Positions 7,904-17,900 of a DNA stretch of 64,000 nucleotides are shown piece after piece. The notes under the pieces are model-generated. The model was not told the DNA's origin, did not search any database, and saw only the letters and a list, made by a program, of their open reading frames with translations. Origin of the DNA: Candidatus Omnitrophota bacterium (GTDB lineage: Bacteria; Ratteibacteria; UBA8468; MWAK01); contig JAZDPL010000061.1 in assembly GCA_043797665.1 (NCBI GenBank), positions 1,065-65,064 on the forward strand, read 5' to 3'. The position numbers and the translations under genes were made by a program. Position 1 is the first letter of the stretch; every line of letters begins with the position of its first letter.

Positions 7904-8830
7904 TTAGTTTTGTTTAGGCAGCAGGGATTTGGCTTTTTTAGCCACCGAAGTCTCCGGATACTCGGCAAATATCTTCTGATAATAGATTTTGGCCGCCTTG
8001 GGATTTTCGCCCTTTTGATAAAATCGGGCAATTTCAAAAACCTTTTCTGCCAGCATCTCCCGGGTCTGGCGGTACAGTCTCTCTGCCGGCACCCTATACT
8101 TCCCTTGCGGGTACTTCATCAGGAAGGTAGCCAGCCGGTTCGAGGCCGAAAAGAGTAAGTCGTCGCTATTCTCCTGCCTCCGGTAAAGTTCCACCTCTGC
8201 CTGGGCTGTTTCAAGCTCCGCCTTTTCGGCAAAAAGGCTGTCCGGGTAATTTTTTACCAGGCGCTCAAAGGTCTTAATACTCTCGGAAAAATTCCCCCGG
8301 CGAACCTGGTGGTGACCCAAATCGTAAAGAGCCTTTTCCGCTTCCGGTGCGTAAGGTGCGGAATCTACCACCTCACCCAATATTTCCGAGTGGTCCGTGC
8401 GTAAAAATGAAAACCGGCCTGATTCCTTTGCGGTCTGCGCCTCACCGATGGAAAACTGACGGCTGATGGCAGAAGTAACGAACTCCGACCCCGGGTAGTT
8501 ATTAACGACTTTCTGATAGGCTTTGAAGGCCTTCTCCCAGTCGCCGGCCATCTGGTAGAGTTCGCCCATCCGGTACTGAGTCCTGGCGGCTAAGGGAGAG
8601 TTTGGAAAAACCTGGATTAGTTGCTCCAATTTGCGGATGGCGGTGGAGTAGTCTCTCTTAATCACGTACTCCTCGGCCCAGGCAAACTGAGCTTCCGGAG
8701 TCTCTTTTGCCGCATATTTGGGGTTGATCCAGCGCCTGGCCTGGGGAGTCCACTCCCAGTAGGCAGAAGAAAAAGAAGGAAAAAGAATCAAAACGGAAAT
8801 TGCGAGAAAAAGCGTTTTTTTCATTGACAA
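7904..8830 (-). CDS. bamD: secreted TPR protein, BamD/YfiO-like
   Basis: 308 aa with a signal peptide (LFLAISVLILFPSFSSA) and repeated TPR-like helices (AQFAWAEEY, YRMGELY, YDLGHH, ARFYQKG). It lacks a lipobox Cys, so the BamD assignment is tentative. Confidence 0.5.
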   Translation of the reverse strand: MSMKKTLFLAISVLILFPSFSSAYWEWTPQARRWINPKYAAKETPEAQFAWAEEYVIKRDYSTAIRKLEQLIQVFPNSPLAARTQYRMGELYQMAGDWEKAFKAYQKVVNNYPGSEFVTSAISRQFSIGEAQTAKESGRFSFLRTDHSEILGEVVDSAPYAPEAEKALYDLGHHQVRRGNFSESIKTFERLVKNYPDSLFAEKAELETAQAEVELYRRQENSDDLLFSASNRLATFLMKYPQGKYRVPAERLYRQTREMLAEKVFEIARFYQKGENPKAAKIYYQKIFAEYPETSVAKKAKSLLPKQN

Positions 8831-8882
8831 CCTAAACGCAGGCTAACCCCTGTCTCAAACATACAGGGGCAGGCGCCTGCGA

Positions 8883-11816
8883 CTACCGTTCAGATTCTTC
8901 GCTATCGCTCAGAATGACACCTTTTATTGTCCAGATGAGGGGACGCAATAAGCCGCGAGCGAAAGCACACCATAACGGCCGGGGGCGAATGAACTCGGCA
9001 ACCGGCGGCGAATGACGGTTGTAGAAACGGATAAATCTCCGGCCCCAATCCCTCTGCATTAAGAACCGTTCCCGGAATTGACGCAGAATCTCCACCTCTT
9101 TCGCTAAAGGAGTCCCGAAGGCCGCGGTGGCGATGAAACAGTATCCGGAGGGAAGAACGTCTTCGTCTGACTGAGAAGTATCATTGTCAAAAGTGACGGA
9201 TATGGTATGGTCAGAAGAGACCTCCGTAAAGGTATAACTGGTAGCCGTGTCGACCGAAGAATCATCTACCAAAATGTCCTCTATGTGATAACCGCTTGAT
9301 GGGGTAATCGCAAATGTGGATGTAGCATCAGCCGGGACCAAAACCGCTCCGGAAGGGCTGATTGAACCCCCATCGCCGGCAGTAGCGGCAATGGTATAAA
9401 GAGTAGTTCCGGGAGAAGAGAAAGAGACCGCATCAAGCCAGACCGTGTCGGAAACGGATGAACCGTCCGCATCTTTGATATATTCCCACTTAAGGGTGTG
9501 GCTGCCCGCATTCAACCAGATACAGTATGATGTCCAGTCAATATCTCCAACATAACCGCCGCACCATTCGGTCTGCTCCACGTCATCTACGTAAAACTTT
9601 ACGTAATCATAGCCCCATTCGGAAGAAACCTTAATAAAAAAGGAAAACACGTCCGCATCAGTAAGATAACCGGACCACTGGAGCCAGGTAGACTGGCTGT
9701 CGTCGATGTCTCCGGCCTGGGCAGACTGACTTCCCAGAACCGCATCGGTATTTGAAATGGACCAGGCTACATCCCCGCCGGTGGACCAGCCGGAGGAAAA
9801 ACTGGTACCCTCAAAATCTTCCAGAGGAGATGCCGGAACGTCAATGATACCGATGGCGTCCCAGGCAGCCCCAACGCTGTCCCCCCACACCCCGGTTGAA
9901 TCAAGGTCATCAGCCGCATTAACCCAGCAATCCCGCATCTGCTGGTAAGCGGTGGAGGAACCGGCCTCATCGTTATTGGCTTTGTAGGCAATCTGCCGGA
10001 CATTGGTTTCGCCGATGCCGGTAACGTCGTAGGGAAGGCCATCGTTGGTTCCGGTACCCCCTTCCGAAAGAAGGTAATAGACAAAGTTCTGGGGAGCATT
10101 GTTATAATGGATCCCGCCGTTATCTAACAAAAAATTTGTACCGCTGTTAAGCCAATACTGACCGTGGTACCGGGAAGGCTGTTCGTTTCCGCTGCCGACC
10201 GTTTCCGTGTTGGAGGGATTCCTCATATCGCGGAAGCCGGGACTTGACAACGAAGCGTCTTCGCCTATCAGCCAGTCTGCGCTGCCAGCGGTCTTATCCG
10301 GATAGACAGCCTGGCCGTCCGGCTGGGCGGCAAACTCCACGCTGACACCGATAATGTCGGAAAACGATTCGTTCAGGGCGCCGGTCTCGTCAACATAAAT
10401 CAACTGGGACGCATTATCGGTCCAGGCGTGGGCATACTCGTGCCCCATCAGGTCAAGAACCGTTAAAGGTCCGACATCTACTCCGTCTCCATCACCAAAA
10501 GAAAATTCTTGAAGTTCAGAATCCCAGTAGGCATTGGCGCCCACCGACGCATCGTGGACATTGACCTTGGCACAGGCTTTGAGGTCATCGTAACTCTTTC
10601 GGCCATAGACGGTATTAAAGTAACCCTGGATAGCGGAGAAGTTATTCCCCGCTGATATCTCGGTCCGGTCAGTGGTACCCCAGTCATTGGTAGCGGTCCG
10701 GTAGGCATAGGTACTGGTGTCGGTGTAAACGGACGAGTCGGTGGAAAGGTTATAGATATACCAGGGACCGGTATCGACCGCGCTCTGGTCATAGAGGTAC
10801 CAGATATCCGCATCGGCAGTCTCGTGCCACCCCAGAATAGTAACCTCGGTATCGGTATCGTCTTCTCCGGTAAGCCTGGAACCCTTGATAGCTCCGGGGA
10901 CACCACCGGCAGTAGGCGGTGCCACGTACTTCAGGTCGTTGTAACTCCGCAGGACCTTGCCGGTATTTGCGTCTACGTAATAGACCCATTTGCCTAAGTC
11001 CCCGGCACCATTATTATAGGAAAGAACATAGTGGTAGGCTAAATGGGGCTGATTGCCTATCGGAAAAATAACTAATTGCGGTTGTTGGATAATTTCAAGG
11101 TTTATTTTACCGGTGAGATGTTTATAGCCAACCCCGAGCGCCTGGGTTTCCGTAATACCGGGGATGATTGAAACCGCAATGTCCGGTGTATATCGTCCAT
11201 TGACCTGGTAGATGCTGCTTTTATCATTGATATGTACAATCAATTGAGAACCAACGACCGGAAGTCCCTGGTAGTACTGGTCAAGCCGGACGTGGAGGTA
11301 GCCTGTCCGGTCCGGCAAAATCTCTTTATGAAGTTTAAACTCCTGACCGGGGTTCTTCATCCGGTAGATATTCTTTATACCCTCCAGAAAGTTCAGGGAT
11401 GCTGAGGCCGGCTCACCGGAAACCGGCTGGTCAAAACCACGCAGAGAATTAGGTACGCCGTTTCCGCCCCAGTTCACTTTCAGTTTCGGATAAGAGGATA
11501 AGGCGGCTTGCTGGGAAGGAGTTACTACCCCCCCACCGCTGTCCTCCCCCCTTTCCAATCCGATGGAAAGGGAACCCGCCCCTGGGGGGGAAGGATTGGG
11601 GAGAGGGGAAATTTCAGAAGAGCCGGTATTCTTCTGCGCCTCTGCCGGAAGAAGCGCTTTATCCGGAGCCCGGAAGGCAAAAGCGTTTGTAACAGAAAGA
11701 AGAAAAACCGTAAGGAATACCCCGGCAAACCTTCGGTCTGCCACCCCTTTTACAAAAAGGGGAATGAATACCTCGGCGAACCGGATTTTTTTTCTAAATT
11801 CAATTTTCTTTTTCAT
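8883..11816 (-). CDS. secreted thermolysin-family (M4) zinc metalloprotease with C-terminal CFIATAAFG module
   Basis: 977 aa with a signal-like N-terminus. HEYAHAW (HExxH) plus GALNESFSDIIG match the M4 motif pair HExxH...GxxNExxSD. Extra beta-rich domains follow. The last ~85 aa are shared with the next two genes. Confidence 0.85.
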   Translation of the reverse strand: MKKKIEFRKKIRFAEVFIPLFVKGVADRRFAGVFLTVFLLSVTNAFAFRAPDKALLPAEAQKNTGSSEISPLPNPSPPGAGSLSIGLERGEDSGGGVVTPSQQAALSSYPKLKVNWGGNGVPNSLRGFDQPVSGEPASASLNFLEGIKNIYRMKNPGQEFKLHKEILPDRTGYLHVRLDQYYQGLPVVGSQLIVHINDKSSIYQVNGRYTPDIAVSIIPGITETQALGVGYKHLTGKINLEIIQQPQLVIFPIGNQPHLAYHYVLSYNNGAGDLGKWVYYVDANTGKVLRSYNDLKYVAPPTAGGVPGAIKGSRLTGEDDTDTEVTILGWHETADADIWYLYDQSAVDTGPWYIYNLSTDSSVYTDTSTYAYRTATNDWGTTDRTEISAGNNFSAIQGYFNTVYGRKSYDDLKACAKVNVHDASVGANAYWDSELQEFSFGDGDGVDVGPLTVLDLMGHEYAHAWTDNASQLIYVDETGALNESFSDIIGVSVEFAAQPDGQAVYPDKTAGSADWLIGEDASLSSPGFRDMRNPSNTETVGSGNEQPSRYHGQYWLNSGTNFLLDNGGIHYNNAPQNFVYYLLSEGGTGTNDGLPYDVTGIGETNVRQIAYKANNDEAGSSTAYQQMRDCWVNAADDLDSTGVWGDSVGAAWDAIGIIDVPASPLEDFEGTSFSSGWSTGGDVAWSISNTDAVLGSQSAQAGDIDDSQSTWLQWSGYLTDADVFSFFIKVSSEWGYDYVKFYVDDVEQTEWCGGYVGDIDWTSYCIWLNAGSHTLKWEYIKDADGSSVSDTVWLDAVSFSSPGTTLYTIAATAGDGGSISPSGAVLVPADATSTFAITPSSGYHIEDILVDDSSVDTATSYTFTEVSSDHTISVTFDNDTSQSDEDVLPSGYCFIATAAFGTPLAKEVEILRQFRERFLMQRDWGRRFIRFYNRHSPPVAEFIRPRPLWCAFARGLLRPLIWTIKGVILSDSEESER

Positions 11817-11825
11817 AGATACCCT

Positions 11826-11879
11826 GTCATTCTGAACAACGTGAAGAATCTATAGATTCTTCGTTACACTCAGAATGAC
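11826..11879. repeat. 54-nt near-perfect R2 palindrome between two protease genes (possible terminator)
   Basis: GTCATTCTGAACAACGTGAAGAATCTATAGATTCTTCGTTACACTCAGAATGAC. Confidence 0.8.
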
Positions 11880-11883
11880 ATCT

Positions 11884-14847
11884 TTACCTATTGCATGGAA
11901 GGGCATGCGCCAGCCAGATTACGGGACGCAAGAAGCCGCGGACCAGACCGCAGAGGGCGGGTCTGGGCCGGATGAATTCGGCTACCGGCGGAGAGTATTG
12001 GTTGTAGAAACGGACAAAGGCTCTGCCCCACTTACTCTTCAGCAAAAACCTGTCCCGAAAGTTACGTAAGATTCCAACTTCTTTCGCCAGGGGTGTACCA
12101 AAGGCTGCGGTGGCAATGAAACAGCCTCCCTCGCCTGATTCTACCGACTGAGAGGGAGTAACCACCTGAGAATAATAGGTAGTTTTGGATATGGCGTTGG
12201 TACAGGAAGCGGTAACCGTAATCTGCACTTCGTATTCCGTCAGGGGTGAAACCGCAACCTCGGCAATCCAGACCGGATTTTGAAGACCACTGGTATCAAC
12301 ACCGGTATCTTCAAAATAGCCGTCATCCGCTTCCCAGGAGTAGGTAAACGGGCTGTCAGTACTGTTATAGGCGGTAACCGAACACCGGACCGGGCTGCCC
12401 GCAGTGACCGGATTGGGTGTACCGGAAGGTTCGGTGGTAAAGGTAATCTGGAGGTAGGCGGTAAAGTTCTGGTCCGGCATATCACTTTCCAGTCCGGCAT
12501 AGGAAATACTGGTGGGCTGGAGGTCCCATCCGGTAATCGCCGGGGTCAGGGTATAGTCTCCCGCCAGAACGTTTTGGAATTGGTAGTCACCGTTTGCGTC
12601 GGTGGAGATAGTGGCTAAAAATCCTGTCCCGGAAAGGGTCAAAAGGACATCGGCCAGGCCGGTGCTGGTTGTGCCCTGGGTCACTCTTCCGGAGATGGTA
12701 GAGTAGGCTTCCTGGACCGTAAAGTCATTGCCCGCAATGTCCGCATCGGTTACGGTCACTTCCTGATAGGTGGGTGTAAACCTCCAGTTCTTAAGTTTGG
12801 GAACAATCCGGTATTCCCGGCCATCCTGACTGCCCTGAGCGTAAAGGGTATAGGTTCCGGCCGCGCCGGTGGTATCGGTCAAAACAGTATCGTTAAGGGT
12901 CAGGTCAACCAGACTCACCAGGACATCCGGCAGAGGTGGTGAACCGGCCTCATCCTTAGTAATCGTTCCGGTTATGGCGAAGGTATTAGTTATGGAATTG
13001 CCGACGTTGAGCCGGCCGCCGGTAACGGATTTCCCCTCTAAGGCGGTAAGGCGGTCACAGCCGGCTGAAACCCGGTTGATTCTCTGGCTCAGGCTCTCCT
13101 GGGGAAATCCGGCCGCGGACAAAGCCACCGCACCACTGACGTGGGGTGCCGCCATTGAAGTACCATCATAATAATCGTAATAGTTAGAACTGGCGCCGCC
13201 AAGACCGGTGTCAACCACCACGTCATCCAGGTAAACTCCGTCGTAGGTATTATTCCCATCGGTAATCAGATGGAACCGAAACTTAAACGCTGCGGTCTTG
13301 TAGGCTTCCGGTACGGAGTAAGAGTAGAGGCTCCAGAGAGGTGCTGAGCCGGTAAGGGAACCGACTACATAATCAAAGTTACTCCCGCCATCCCTGGAGA
13401 GTTCTACGTAAAGGATGTCTATATCCTCCTCTAATTCTAAATCGGCCCAGAAGCGGAGCCGGACATCCTGACCGGCTAATGCGGAAAGGTTAAGATTCTC
13501 CTTGATGGAAAGATAGGAGCTGGTGTTATTGAGATAATCTCCACCGGGGCTATCAGCCCAACAATGGCTTTCGCTGTGATAGGAAGAATCGGTGAGCGCC
13601 CAACTGTCCTGGGTGCCTCCGTGTTCCCACTTCGCCGTACCGGATTCCATCCGGTCAAAAAATGGGTTGTTCGGGGAATCCGTGGCACCGCCGGGCAGGG
13701 TACTGTAGATATTGACACCCGGCGCGGCTAAATCCACGCTCTTTAAGCCGTAGTTGGAGAACCAGGCAAGCCCATCGTCCTGGTCACTGGCCGCCACCGA
13801 AATGATATTGGGCAGGCTATAAGAAGCCGGATAGGCCGGTGTGGCATCATTATCGCTCCCATCATTACCGGCCGCGGCGACAAAGATGATGCCGGCATCG
13901 CCGGCGGCTTCAATCGCATCTTCTAAAAGGGCATCATACCCACCTCCACCCCAGGAGGCGTTGATGGCCACGATGTTTACGTTGTATTCGGTCTTCATAC
14001 TCACTACATAGTTAATACCGGTAATCGCATCCGCATCCGTACCGGAACCTTCTGCGTCGAGAAATTTAACCGCCATAATCCGGGCGGACCAGTTCACCCC
14101 GGTAATACCAACACCATTATTCCCCACTGCGGCGATGGTGCCGGAGACATGGGTACCATGGCCATGGTCGTCCATCGGGTCTCCCGGATTTGCGGCTTCG
14201 GTAATCGCGTTGATTCCGTAAAGGTCATCCACATAACCGTTGCCATCGTCGTCTATGTCGTTATCCGCAATCTCTTCACTATTCCACATATTGGCCGCTA
14301 AGTCCTCGTGGGTGTAATCTACCCCGGTGTCAATAACCGCAATAACGACGGAAGTATCACCCCGGGTGAAATCCCAGGCGATGGCCGCGTCAATATCCGC
14401 ATCAGATGTGCCGGAGATTCCGTTGACCTTCTGACCGGTATTATCTAAACCCCACAACTGATCAAAGGATGGGTCATAGGGAAAGGTGGCGGTAATCTTA
14501 CGAAGGTAATTGGGTGAAACCTTCTCCACCCGGGAGTCTTGCTGAAAGCAATGAAGTAGTTGCCGGGTAGTCAGACTTCCTGACCTCAGATGAAAAAAAG
14601 CCTGTCCGGTCCTCCGGGAGAGAGCCGGAAACTCTCTGGGAACCTTGACACCGTAAGCGGAAACGATGCCTCTGGCGTCGGCCAGACCGATACCCTTCCG
14701 GAACTTTACCAGGACTTCCCCTTCCCGATAAGTCTGAGCCGCAGAAAGTCCTGCGGGAGAGGGGAATACCCCGTCTGCTACGCAGACACCCCTTTTACAA
14801 AAGGGGAATGACAGGCTGAGGAAAACGAGAAAAAGCGCTTTTTTCAT
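11884..14847 (-). CDS. secreted subtilisin-family (S8) serine protease with C-terminal CFIATAAFG module
   Basis: Catalytic triad contexts VIDTGVDYTHEDL (Asp), HGHGTHVSGTIAA (His) and GTSMAAPHVSGAVAL (Ser), with an I9-like propeptide. Start placed at MKKALFLVFLSL (14847), because the upstream extension of the ORF-track frame runs into an R1 repeat. Confidence 0.9.
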   Translation of the reverse strand: MKKALFLVFLSLSFPFCKRGVCVADGVFPSPAGLSAAQTYREGEVLVKFRKGIGLADARGIVSAYGVKVPREFPALSRRTGQAFFHLRSGSLTTRQLLHCFQQDSRVEKVSPNYLRKITATFPYDPSFDQLWGLDNTGQKVNGISGTSDADIDAAIAWDFTRGDTSVVIAVIDTGVDYTHEDLAANMWNSEEIADNDIDDDGNGYVDDLYGINAITEAANPGDPMDDHGHGTHVSGTIAAVGNNGVGITGVNWSARIMAVKFLDAEGSGTDADAITGINYVVSMKTEYNVNIVAINASWGGGGYDALLEDAIEAAGDAGIIFVAAAGNDGSDNDATPAYPASYSLPNIISVAASDQDDGLAWFSNYGLKSVDLAAPGVNIYSTLPGGATDSPNNPFFDRMESGTAKWEHGGTQDSWALTDSSYHSESHCWADSPGGDYLNNTSSYLSIKENLNLSALAGQDVRLRFWADLELEEDIDILYVELSRDGGSNFDYVVGSLTGSAPLWSLYSYSVPEAYKTAAFKFRFHLITDGNNTYDGVYLDDVVVDTGLGGASSNYYDYYDGTSMAAPHVSGAVALSAAGFPQESLSQRINRVSAGCDRLTALEGKSVTGGRLNVGNSITNTFAITGTITKDEAGSPPLPDVLVSLVDLTLNDTVLTDTTGAAGTYTLYAQGSQDGREYRIVPKLKNWRFTPTYQEVTVTDADIAGNDFTVQEAYSTISGRVTQGTTSTGLADVLLTLSGTGFLATISTDANGDYQFQNVLAGDYTLTPAITGWDLQPTSISYAGLESDMPDQNFTAYLQITFTTEPSGTPNPVTAGSPVRCSVTAYNSTDSPFTYSWEADDGYFEDTGVDTSGLQNPVWIAEVAVSPLTEYEVQITVTASCTNAISKTTYYSQVVTPSQSVESGEGGCFIATAAFGTPLAKEVGILRNFRDRFLLKSKWGRAFVRFYNQYSPPVAEFIRPRPALCGLVRGFLRPVIWLAHALPCNR

Positions 14848-14880
14848 GTGACAACCTGATACGAACGAAAGAAATAATAC

Positions 14881-14932
14881 TGTAGGGGTTTGATTTATCA
14901 AACCCGCGGGTCGGATGAATCCGACCCCTACA
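14881..14932. repeat. R1 double-hairpin repeat (identical to the 764-815 copy)
   Basis: TGTAGGGGTTTGATTTATCAAACCCGCGGGTCGGATGAATCCGACCCCTACA. Confidence 0.9.
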
Positions 14933-14983
14933 ATGCGAGGCTAAAGCCTTGCCCTTACAGATCCCACTGTAAGGGGACCCGCG

Positions 14984-17900
14984 CTACCCTAATAAATTAA
15001 CCAGCCAGATGAGGGGACGCAATAAGCCGCGCGTGAAAGCACACCATAACGGCCGGGGGCGAATGAACTCGGCAACCGGCGGCGAATGACGGTTGTAGAA
15101 ACGGACAAATTTCCGGCCCCAATCCCTCTGCATTAAGAACCGCTCCCGGAATTGACGCAGAATCTCCACCTCTTTCGCTAAAGGAGTCCCGAAGGCCGCG
15201 GTGGCGATGAAACAACTACCGACGCTACCCTCCTCCAGAGAAAGGTTTATTTCTTCAAAGATTTCTACCTCAACGGTTTCAGAATAACCGGAGTATCCGG
15301 TGACACCGGTATCATAATACTTGAAGGCACGGACCCGGTACTGGTAGAACTTCTCTGCCACCAGCATACTATCGGTATAGGCAGAATCAGTATAAACGCC
15401 AAAGGTAATGCTGTTGCCGGTTACACTACCAAGTACGGTAAAGTTGGTTTCACCGCGGCCCTTGCGCTCAATGGAAAAACCGTCTTCCAGAATTTCATTA
15501 CCGTTTTCCCAGGTCCACCGCAGGTCAGCCATCATTATACCCGGGGTAACCACCAAACCGGTGGGGTTCTGACTGAAGGCTAACAGGGTAACCGAGATGG
15601 TATTGGAAGTAAAGAGGTAGTCAGAACCGCCTTCCGTGATGTAGACCCCGACATAGTAGTTATAGGAGTGGTCTGCCTGCAACTCGGAATCGTTATCAAT
15701 GTATTGCCAGGTATTTGTCCCGGCATCAACCTGTTCCGGTTCCGGCGCCGCCGATTCACTGGCGCTCTCAATCGTTACCCAGGCAGAGTCAGTTCCCGTG
15801 GCGTCCCGGCGAAAGATTCTATATTCCTTATTCCCCTCACCGGCCGGAGTCTTATCCACCCAGGTCAGGGTGATGGTAGTGGTAGTAGCATCCGCACCCA
15901 GGGTTACCGACGGTGCTTCCTCAAGAATCCGGACCCGGCCGTCGGCCTGGTCAGTATCAGACCAGATACCATCGTAAATAACGCCCCGGAGAAAAAGATA
16001 GGTATCGGTCGGAATAGTAATACTTGTGTCCGAGGCGGCGTAGTCCCAGAGGTAACTGCCCGGCCCATCCGCTTCCACCAGGGGCCCGGCAATCGGGTAG
16101 GTGTCTCCGGATGCCGCATCATAAAGGTAAAACTCGAAGTTGGCGCTATCGTCCGGGTCACTGGCAAGGTAGGTGATGTTGAAAGGATAATCAGGCCAGA
16201 TATCCGTGTCTGTCTCCGGCCGGGTAATAACCAGGTCCGGAGCGCTTTCCACGGTAACCGTGCCCGGAGCGTAATCATAAACAGCGGGATACCAATTATT
16301 TTCTTCGGTGATACCCAGAGCCAGATAGTAGGTACCGTGCTGGGCGATTGATAACTGACTGAAATCATAGGTAAGGGATTTTGCCAGGGATTCGCCCGTG
16401 AGAACCGTGTCACTGTAAATCTCCCCGGAAAATTCGTTGTCCGGATTAGTATCGGTATCCAGGTAGAGATTAGTAAAGGTACTGGTGGGTGCATTCTGGC
16501 CGGCCGGTGAAGAATCCCAGATGATGTCAACCACCGGGTTAGAATAACTGAACCGGCAGTTACCATCCTCACCTTCATAAACAATTGCCTCATCCGTATC
16601 CCAGGTACCGCTGCCGTTAAAGTCCCAGTAAGCAAACGGGTTGCTTTTGATTAAGTTGACCCCGCTCTTATCGGAACCGGGGGTAATGCCCGCCAGAAGG
16701 GTATCACCGGTATTGAAGTAGCTGTTATCATCCGCGTCAAGCCACAAACTGTCATAAAGGATATCCCATTCTCCGGAAACCCAGGTATCATACCAGCAGA
16801 TATGGTCAGAGGATTTGAAGACGGCCAGAACCTGGTCCCGGCTGATGGTCGGCGGCGAAGAAGGATAGAGAATCTGGTCAAGGGTGCCGTCCAGAAGGAG
16901 GTTGTCCGCGGGTTGGCTCACTTCCATTTCTGCCGGTGCCGCGTAGTCCCTTACATCTATGCTGCCGGTTGACAAATCGGTGTCCGTGGAGTCGTCGTCC
17001 CGGAGAACTGCGTAGATGCGGTAAATACCGTTAGGTACGCCGGTTGTATCCCACTGGTAACCGCTATCGGTCACGGCTCGATCAGAGATAATCAGGGTGG
17101 TATCAATGTAGGTGGTCTCCGTTACCCGGAAGAGGCTAACCTTTCCCGAACCAGACAGAAGGTCAAGGTTAGCGGCGGTCCACCGGATAAAATACTCCTG
17201 GTTAAGAGCCTTTTCCCCTGGTCCGGTCGGCGCGGTAATCGTAATCAGCGGAAGCAGGTTTATCCCGACGGTACCGGTACTGTAACTGCCGGCGGTGGTA
17301 CTCCCTTCCGTTACTTCGCCGTAGAGGTAGTAGGTACCTCTGGGCACACTCCTGGTATCCCAGGTATAGGAACCGGACAGCGAAGCGAAAGGCAGGGTAG
17401 TAATCAAACTCTTATTGGCCGGGTCTTTATTGTTATCGTAGTAAAGGAGAATCGTTCCGGACGGTTGGCCCGAACCACCATCCCGGGCAACCTGCCAGTT
17501 AACGGTGTAGGAACGGTTTCCATCCTCGCCGGCCGCAGTCGGGTTTAAAAAGGTAAGCCGCAGGTAAGGTGTGGGCTGGCCGGTGCCGGTAAGAGAGTAA
17601 CTTTCCTCCTTTTCAAAAGTGAAGGCGTCAACCTTGAAGAGGCGGATAGTATTTCCATCCTCAACTCCGTCACTCACAAAATCAGCGCCCGTGCAGGTAA
17701 TAATCAACTGGGTACCATCCAGGCTGGCCACCTTATAGACCTTACCCTTGGCGATACCACTCTTAACCAGGACGTACCACTGCTTGGTGTAGTCATTCCC
17801 CACCGCATTGTTGACTACGGTAGTAACCGTAAGGGTGTCCTCGTCAACGCCACCAACATCAATCGTTCTATCCTGGTACAACTGGTCGTCATTGGAGGAG

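Noticed and set aside
7840-8037. 65-aa ORF overlapping the bamD-like 3' end.
   Set aside because: It is a basic low-complexity translation overlapping an R2 hairpin and a better-supported gene.
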